A stretch of DNA of 64,000 nucleotides. Origin: Candidatus Woesearchaeota archaeon (GTDB lineage: Archaea > Nanobdellota > Nanobdellia > Woesearchaeales > ARS49). Of the stretch, positions 61,601 through 64,000 are shown piece by piece; positions within the stretch are counted from its first letter, which is position 1, and every line of letters begins with the position of its first letter. The stretch is from the NCBI GenBank assembly GCA_016203305.1, contig JACQMY010000035.1:574-64573 (forward strand). Reading direction: 5' to 3'. The translations under genes and the position numbers were made by a program. Below the pieces are notes generated by a model. That model saw nothing but the letters and a program-made list of their open reading frames with translations, did not search any database and was not told the origin of the DNA.

Positions 61601-63997
61601 TGACCCATTGACACGCCAATCAGTGATGTTTTGAACTCCCTCGTTGTCTGCATCAGTTGCGTTGATAACAAAGACTGTGAGATTGCTTGATGCGTTCGAG
61701 ATGTTCAGGTTGTAGCCTGCGCCATTCGAATTATTGAGAATAACCTGCGAGATAGAAGGCTGCGTGTTCGAAACGATAACCACTGCATTGCTCAACACCA
61801 CGGTCCCATCGCTCTCATTCTGCTGGTCGTTTGGCGTCACCGCGACAGTCCAGTTGTTTCCGACCGCAAGCTCACTGCTCACAATAGTCTCAAGATGCTT
61901 ACTGCGGTTACCGTCAGAATATAACTGATAGATCTGAGCCGCGGAAAGAGTCCTATTGAAAATCAAGACCTCATGAATCGCACCCACAAACGTATTACCT
62001 GCAGTGTCAGGTCTTCGGCCAACCGCTTTCGCAGTCGTCGTAAAGCCTGGACTCGCGTACGCGACACTTTGGTTTAACGTACCGTTCACATAAAACGACG
62101 CGGTCACGCCGTCGTACACGACCGCGACATGACTCACGCCGGTACCAAAAGTGGCAGTTGTACACGCCTCACTCGTGCCGACTTTTCCAAAACACAAGAA
62201 GTTGCCAAATTGATAATAGAACGCATAACCCCCGAAACTACTCGCAACAACCCCACCCGTGCCCGTCCTATTCGTCCAAGCAGCAATCGTAAACGAAGAT
62301 AATTGCAGACTCGAATCACTGCCCAACGCAATCGCGTCATCAACCCCATCAAACACAAAAGCACCGCCCTGATTCGTTCGCGCCCACACCGGAGAAGTGC
62401 CCGCAGTCCCGTTCCCGAGCGTCCCATTATTGACAAACGTCGAATAGTCGCTGATTGCACCTGCCGTGGTGACACTGACGTTCGTCTCAAACGGCATGTT
62501 GAGCACCGCGATGGAGGTTCCATTGATTCGCCAGTCAGTGATGTTTTGAACTCCCTCGTTGTCTGCATCAGTTGCGTTGATGATGAAGACCGTCAAGTTC
62601 TCGTCGGTCGACGCGTTATTGCCGGTTTCGCCAGAACCATCAGAACTATTCAAAATAACCTGATCAATCACTGGATGAGTATTGCTGGAAAAGCTTATGT
62701 TGATCGTTCGCGTGCTAAAGTGCGGAGTAATAGTCACATTACTTGTATCAAAAGAAAGCTGGTATTGGAAATACCGTCCTTGCAAGCTAAGCAAAGTAGA
62801 CCCGTTTGTATTTTGAGTTCCAAAACCGGCGTCTGAACAATCTGTAGCGTTACACGCCCTCGCACGCAACCTAACATCAGTTGAATTAAAGCCAACACTC
62901 AATTCAGCAGCAGGACTCGGACTTGTACCGCTAAAGCTGCTGGAAGCAATCTTTATTCCACCATTACCGCCTGCGCCACCCGGAGCTGTTGCGGAACCTC
63001 CTGCGCCGCCAGTTGCAGTAATGCTTCCCGTATTCGTTATGTTATTTGCCGCAAGAAGCACCATTCCACCTGCGCCACCTCCAGGACCACCGTCAATAAC
63101 ACCGCCAGCACCAGCGTTTCCATTCGCACTAATGCTCCCAGTAACGTTGATACGCATCGCTTTGACCAGGATAATGCCTCCTCCATTTGCACCAGCAGTA
63201 CAACAATCATTCGCTCCAGGAATGTCCCCTCCAACTCCTCCGCCACCACCCATTGTAAGTCTTGTTTCTGCAGCGCTGCCAAAAGTACCTCCTCCTGCAC
63301 CCGGACCAGTGCCGGACCCAGAGCTTCCTGACACGCGATTCCCGCCACCGCCACCACCACCATTAGGACTGCCACCAGTCCCGCCACCGCCGCCACCGTT
63401 GTTTGCAGAAGTGCTAACCGCGCCCTTACCTGTGAATCCTTCCCCTTGCTTTCCAGAACCAACTCCTGACCCCGCATCAGAACCGCGATACCCCCGTCCT
63501 GCCACGCTGATACTTCCTTGAACTGTAACGTTGTCCGCGCGGAAAACCACAATGCCTCCTGTGAAACCATTCCACGTATTTGCAACAACACTCGCACCAC
63601 CATTAACCGTGAGAACAGAATAATGCGGAACACGAACAATTTGAGTAACAGTTGCAGCAGTACTATCAAACGTACCACTATTGTAACTATTCGTAAGACT
63701 TTGATTGAGTGTGAGACTAGAAGTACCTCCTCCCGAACTAATCGTGCGGAACTCATACGTGCCAACCGTACCTCCTCCGCTCGTCTGCATCTGAATGATG
63801 AGAATCTCGTCACCATTGCTGAAACCAGCACCTGAATTCACAGCTATGACGTTATCGCCTGCTGCCTCATTGCCTGTGAGATAAGTATACGTGTTGACAA
63901 CAGTATTTGCACTACTGACTGTGAGACTCCCGCTCAGCCCAGTGCCCCACTCATTGTTGGAAATCTCGTCCCATGCCACATTCGTCCACGTTGTCAC
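46625..63997 (-). CDS. Giant surface protein of at least 5,790 aa, with its 5' end beyond the window. It has a Gly-rich N-region, 12 tandem ~320-aa repeats (Ig-like plus LamG/ConA-like lectin fold), two parallel beta-helix (PbH1/NosD-like) modules, a CARDB/DUF11-like domain, a Gly run, a TM anchor and a ~155-aa repetitive cytoplasmic tail.
   Basis: The reading frame is uninterrupted to the window edge. NITDWR[VI]NG[TS]SIAVLN[ML]PFETN occurs 12 times, followed by ...VGGAY.FDG.DD.I... LamG_3-like cores. Block 1 is CPLSITSSTMLTENVTCPATAVQVD plus NNT/NNS 22-aa turns, and block 2 is CPLNITTSTTLAENVTCPATAIQIQ. LSYNITINNTGTETAFNVTLVETYP is CARDB-like. The TM segment is VGYMLGAVLLVVLLAVVTF. Confidence 0.85.
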   Translation of the reverse strand: MTTWTNVAWDEISNNEWGTGLSGSLTVSSANTVVNTYTYLTGNEAAGDNVIAVNSGAGFSNGDEILIIQMQTSGGGTVGTYEFRTISSGGGTSSLTLNQSLTNSYNSGTFDSTAATVTQIVRVPHYSVLTVNGGASVVANTWNGFTGGIVVFRADNVTVQGSISVAGRGYRGSDAGSGVGSGKQGEGFTGKGAVSTSANNGGGGGGTGGSPNGGGGGGGNRVSGSSGSGTGPGAGGGTFGSAAETRLTMGGGGGVGGDIPGANDCCTAGANGGGIILVKAMRINVTGSISANGNAGAGGVIDGGPGGGAGGMVLLAANNITNTGSITATGGAGGSATAPGGAGGNGGIKIASSSFSGTSPSPAAELSVGFNSTDVRLRARACNATDCSDAGFGTQNTNGSTLLSLQGRYFQYQLSFDTSNVTITPHFSTRTINISFSSNTHPVIDQVILNSSDGSGETGNNASTDENLTVFIINATDADNEGVQNITDWRINGTSIAVLNMPFETNVSVTTAGAISDYSTFVNNGTLGNGTAGTSPVWARTNQGGAFVFDGVDDAIALGSDSSLQLSSFTIAAWTNRTGTGGVVASSFGGYAFYYQFGNFLCFGKVGTSEACTTATFGTGVSHVAVVYDGVTASFYVNGTLNQSVAYASPGFTTTAKAVGRRPDTAGNTFVGAIHEVLIFNRTLSAAQIYQLYSDGNRSKHLETIVSSELAVGNNWTVAVTPNDQQNESDGTVVLSNAVVIVSNTQPSISQVILNNSNGAGYNLNISNASSNLTVFVINATDADNEGVQNITDWRVNGSSMAVLNMPFESNLSVVTTGAVRDYSTSINNGTLGAGAAAQVPVWTTSGRVGGAYDFDGVNDFISVADSASLRPSGAFTVSAWINQDVNSTCDGTRDNFVPVGKITIGTQGYMFYEDCVGNTWTFFAYGLTPSTVTFNTTNMLGSWRHFVGVYNQTHLLAYVDGQLTGQTAVTGSVSHSANALQMGKYSTAANFYDGRVDEVAIFNTSLSSGQIYQTYLDGNSSRHVETMHANQIRRGDVWSVAVTPNDNEPNTDGTTVLSNNVTIINSHPEIDQVILNSTDGSGATGNNASTNENLTVFVINASDADNDSVQNITDWRINGTSIAVLNMPFETNVTTVISGAVRDYSTFGNNGTLGAGTAANAPVWNTSGKVGGYYIFDGSNDYINLGNVLDQSGSGPFSIHSWFKTTAGGAAVYTIASKELFSGSFAGYQVGMNVVTAGAGDAGKVGFVLVDGSTTVMRRQTTATFNDGAWHQVVVTYDGSKTRSGMSVYVDGALQAVTDHDSSSFAGSLSNAANFEMGARDGTNQPWSGSIDEVLMFNRTLSAQEINQSYLDGNSSKHLETIVSQELSVGQNWSVAVTPNDNQPNTDGTTKTSNSVTISANVDPSIAQVILNSTDGSGATGNNASTNENLTVFVINATDADSDSIQNITDWRVNGTSIAVLNMPFETNTASTARNYAPGGNNGSPTSISWMSTGKVGGAIDFDGSNSLMTVANTAAMNTGSFSVEFWFNPDQLRIQLLFHKVASCCACTNGWRIFMSGGTGTIEFDGCGEVANVNTGTTAAGTWNHLVATYDSITQNASIYLNGTLQASATGVDMQNTFANTLTFAPSEVARFDGKMDEFRMYDRSLSSQQVRQLYVDGNRSKHPETFVSQELRHGQNWSVAVTPNDNQNASDGSTVLSNNVTILNSDPSIAQVILNSTDGSGFTGNNASTSENLTVFVINATDADGDSIQNITDWRVNGNSIAVLNMPFETNVSSLVSGAVKSYASVSNNGTLGNGVSSASPVWNLSGRVGGAFTFDGGDNILIGSLVGFPASGNSALSFSGWFKTSDSSGDDLLLIMGDTAHTRGYHPYVSNSVFACGFGYPGGEVAGAGVNVADNAWHHFVCAVNSSKFQWIYLDGVLKNATQLTTSHTFFTEEIYVGSGATGSNFFTGTLDEVAIFNRTLTSAQAYRLYLDGNNSRHLESVVSNELLAGQAWSVAVTPNDNQPNTDGATVVSNNVTIVSANTAPSIAQVVLNSTDGSGYLGNNATTNENLTVFITNATDADNASVQNITDWRVNGTSVAVLNMPFETNSSSTATGAIRDYSAFTNNGTLGNGVSSNAPGWTSSGKVGGAYSFDGSNDFVRVPNSVSITPNLQGYSYEAWFKASSLPAFNRILWKNSGGAVFNGIYLMTSGSSAFFGIGDGTNVAQPNAPITANTWYHLVGVYDRSTSTAHLYVNGTLQASVTQSLGSVNYAGDLYIGSLDGGSEFFNGLIDEARIYNRSLSAAQVARLYNDSLNGNHPTTFVSQELHRGDVWSVAVTPNDNEPNTDGTTVLSNNVTILNSDPAIAQVILNSSDGSGALGNNASSSANLTVFVINATDADGDSVQNITDWRVNGTSIAVLNLPFETNSSSTAAGAIRDYSTFGNNGTLGAGTAANVPVWNSSGKVGGAYTFDGVDDYIDLGTPASLQITTLTAEAWVRRHGVGTSDGIVSSATNGWGFYFSPLNKLCIGMVGISEACSTGTITDTASLHHVAVTYDASTARFYFNGSLDSSVAYANPGFASAQKAVGGRPDTTSDAFAGTLDEVRVYGRVLSAQEVNQSFIDGNRSKHIETVVSNELSIGQNWSVAVTPNDNQNASDGTTVLSNNVTIVSANTDPFIGQVILNSTDGSGYLGNNATRDENLTVFVINASDSDNNSVQNITDWRVNGTSIAVLNLPFETNSSDVSSGAIRSYSTAGNNAQLGEGSSGAAPQWNGSGKVGGAYTFDGANDFIHVANNASLKPSTYSIAFWLRPDVITATGANLATIIVGTRDLDSVNNNFGAWIDFSAVGAFVRNNVGTITVVSESVPIQINVWTHYVITADGSTLRLYKNGSLNNSGAYANLQTNSQPIVIGERYFNSNNLGTFFDGTMDGIMIFNRTLSTAEVVQLYNDTNQGKHLSAIASAELRRSDVWSVAVTPNDNRPNTDGVTVLSNNVTIVNAHPSIAQVILNSTDGSGALGNNASTSENITVFVINASDADGDSVQNITDWRINSTSIAVLNLPFETNASSTVTGVVRDYSSFGNNGTLGNGIVANAPVWTASGRVGGAYTFDGVDDYVDFGDINALDGLSSLSISLWVKPISLSALKSLISKYSAATGNFFVGTAEFDMNDLVFAPTAIGGLDIGFTTGNFLDNNVWTQVVMVYDGSGIGNAGRLKAYINGSSVSLSFSGTIPGTLPSNSLPVLIGSASDGRYFNGVIDEVLIFNRSLSADQVYQLYVDGNRSRHLETISSSQLRRGDVWSVAVTPNDNQNASDGSIVLSNNVTILNADPAIAQVILNSTDGSGATANNASLRENLTVFVINATDADGDGVQNITDWRVNGTSIAVLNMPFETNTNSTALGAIRDYSSYGNNGTLGNGSVANAPVWNSSGRVGGAYVFDGTTDYIVTQQNTGISGNPSFSIETWLKTNTTSAAQCAVLAGDETVALAAAGLCINVVGAGGVSLEFAGGNGARTAGGIISANTMHHIVAVKTPGPISTTTSIYVDGVLQALSTSSANTPSITNLVAQIGWFGPAGLLYFNGTIDEVRIYNRTLTAAQVQQLFLDGNRSHHPETFVEQETSLGDNWSVAVTPNDNQNASDGSTVLSNNVTIVSANVAPSITQVILNSTDGSGASGNNASTSENLTVFIINATDANDDGVQNITDWRINGTSIAVLNMPFETNTSSTVSGAVRDYSQSGNGGQLGGGTAANAPAWTSAGKVGGAYSFDGVNDHVVVPDSDSLDIQNAIALEAWVNYDSLTSFDRIFGKYTGSCASPFRVYGLELASGNKFCLVLSDGTNDFGCLSSTTSISTGQWYHVVGTYDRSTKRIYVNGVLENQTSETRALGVNGQPVRIGGDPAGCSEFMDGTIDEARIYNRSLSAEQVYQLYLDGNRSRHLETIVSNELSVGQNWSVAVTPNDNQPNTDGATVLSNNVTILNSDPAIAQVILNSTDGSGATANNASTSENLTVFVINATDADNDAVQNITDWRVNGTSIAVLNMPFETNSSSTSSGAVRDYSQFGNNGTLGNGTAGTVPVWNLSGQVGGGYVFDGVNDMISLGDVVKTQLGFNYSVEAWIRPRTVSGLHAVVGYSTTLTEPNPFLLLLDQFNADVRFLVRDNALTVATATKSSALTANVWHHVVGVRAGNTVNVYVDGVNGTPATASLGAISVNNLKIGTIQDESGPDELFNGTIDEVRIYNRSLSAAQVYQLYLDGNRSRHLETIVSNELSVGQNWSVAVTPNDNQPNTDGSTVLSNNVTIISEAVCPLSITSSTMLTENVTCPATAVQVDSDNVMLDCAGNVVTYDTAGGGQDQGVLVSGRNNVTVRNCAIVDGNAGGAFGIGINVTNSNNNLFANNSLQTNGTNDNYGVLLQSGSSNVSLMNNTIGTNGTSSGIGIVVSSGSGIVVLNNTILTNSSSSNGIGIQATSMSSSAFGNNTINTGSTAGNTNIGVRFIGGSNNLVENNSIITNGSTLNHGLRLEGSTAGNVVRNNSIIARGSGSDNDGLRMVGATAHSIVNNNIVTVSAGGLGFGMFLASGANNNAIGSNTITTSGAGGSNWGIRLNTLNNLVENNTVRASGFSNDRGIAVQFSSTGNMVRNNTVVTTSGTGMSVETTSTNNFFDNNSIVAAGSGITVASSDNNVSRNVIRASGASVIGIAIGVGGGAATANSNNFTGNIINVSAGGLAGITIQGANFSNFTDTIISAPSWISSGVISSGPVTSNFTNTTFVTGNGSVRFPDLILLSGAQDVTQFKLNVTTNNSFVNSTSLSLFNTTAQVTLNGVPFTDPRPRVDFEDDGTFTNCNAPQCTEVSFAGGVYVFNVSSFTSYAASESAACPLNITTSTTLAENVTCPATAIQIQSNNVELDCAGFNVSYANSAAGNGIFVFQRSNVTVRNCNVVKTNASVVGSSGFLVQSTNNSRFVNNSATTNGAGSRGMLIVSVINSTFENNTGVGVSDEGIVVGSSTNNTLRGNTGRSTSGGYGLHVQSASANFLFGNTGNSSTSIGLRLNSATNNTLIENTGVSGSLAGIGLEGSSNNTLSGNNGTGLADARGISLSASSVNNTLIRNRGTSGSNRGMDLLSGSNNNILFHNTGLSNSGNGMELAGNNNTFYNNTFVIAITNTTGSAIDISGEGNNLANTSILGGQNAMRFTASSNNTFVNTTLVTGSTWVEVDATSQNNSFTRTLFHSNNGSILMINTAIIPVSTSIVHEPDNNNLNTSFNNSFLNSTNLTFLNTSAQITLRGLSFTDPRPRVDFNDDGVFEQCNPPQCIEVSYVGGVLVFNVSSFTSYAAGELGNITINVSKSDGSDPVNNGSTLSYNITINNTGTETAFNVTLVETYPGSVVFNGSQPVPSVGNNTWLLGNLSPGNSTTVNITVNVSAGASGTLNNTVNASFQNLSGGNGSVVVSELTTVNVTVVPPVPSPAPSGGGGGGATRATQNVSIPREFNMPAASFVTPYLNKFDRVVFDVAGERHVLTVLNVGVNNVLLRVQSEPQEFVLSSGQSKDVDVTDDGLPDLRVQVVMLFNNQVSLALAKLSPQTTNYPLQTTNYQPQTAGQPPIANGLVDRAVSTARDAADSVSVIGRSVAQKAREVDWKSVGYMLGAVLLVVLLAVVTFRAGQVAVRVPGVVRGKWAAYQARRAEQRRFVAREIPRVGLNAGRIDSLLHKYRKDLTGRLWKERVDAIARKPAPRDINYKLQTTSQLPLEKESGLVGRLLRRYRRDLSNDVLWKKPVKVDKLSQKPDVRGQVNAFDALDKDIGRVNKLLKVYERKLRKR
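51200..62700 (-). repeat. Array of 12 tandem ~920-1,010-bp in-frame coding repeats (LamG-type units) with stretches over 95% identical
   Basis: The ctcaaacggcat(a/g)tt(c/g)a(a/g)(a/c)ac(a/t)gc(a/c)at landmark recurs at 51941, 52901, 53881, 54862, 55842, 56764, 57723, 58682, 59598, 60610, 61564 and 62497. For example, 51236-51330 and 52196-52290 are nearly identical. Confidence 0.8.
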
Positions 63998-64000
63998 CGC

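Noticed and set aside
51200-62700. Possible CRISPR-like array, because of the regular repeats
   Set aside because: The repeat unit is ~960 bp and protein-coding, with no short direct repeats or spacers.
47607-63835. Dozens of 60-180-aa + strand ORFs inside the giant gene (e.g. recurring TNTVKFSLVDALLP... peptides)
   Set aside because: They are antisense shadows of the 12 tandem coding repeats. They recur once per repeat, and the minus strand carries one uninterrupted 17-kb frame.

Overview
The window is most likely archaeal chromosome. It carries ribosomal protein L15e, an archaeal-type prolyl-tRNA synthetase N-terminus, a short archaeal triosephosphate isomerase, family-B DNA polymerase, an Lhr helicase and a TrmB-like regulator. 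GC content is intermediate, gene density is high, and GAGGTG-like Shine-Dalgarno sites are common. The left two thirds hold housekeeping and accessory genes: proS (partial, missed by the ORF track), tdk, gpsA, a vapBC pair, lhr, a site-2-protease cassette, an ABC-2 (YhgE/Pip-like) exporter, a HEPN–MNT pair, a bacterial-type grpE-dnaK-dnaJ operon, an HD/SAH-like hydrolase, a methyltransferase, rpl15e, polB, an NYN protein, thioredoxin and tpiA. The right third and the centre are dominated by two giant, heavily N-glycosylation-sequon-rich surface proteins. The first is 2,306 aa with Ig-like tandem repeats, a PKD domain, a Gly linker and a C-terminal TM anchor, and is translationally coupled to a Tat-lipoprotein. 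The second is more than 5,790 aa, runs off the window edge, and has 12 near-identical ~320-aa LamG-type repeats, two parallel beta-helix modules, a CARDB/DUF11-like domain, a TM anchor and a repetitive cytoplasmic tail. It sits in an operon with a Cys-rich secreted protein and a class-III-signal (type IV pilin-like) protein, next to a signal peptidase I. This operon is the best candidate in the window for an undescribed cell-surface or host-attachment system. The intergenic DNA is itself unusual. At least 12 loci carry strand-polar arrays of degenerate heptamers (NNNNAGG / NNNGTAG), often followed by their inverted complement to give long hairpins. A ~54-bp twin-hairpin MITE-like element with short TIRs is present in two inverted copies 27 kb apart, with an apparent empty site. 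The heptamer repeats also extend into the cytoplasmic tail coding sequence of the giant gene. No rRNA, tRNA or CRISPR array was recognised.
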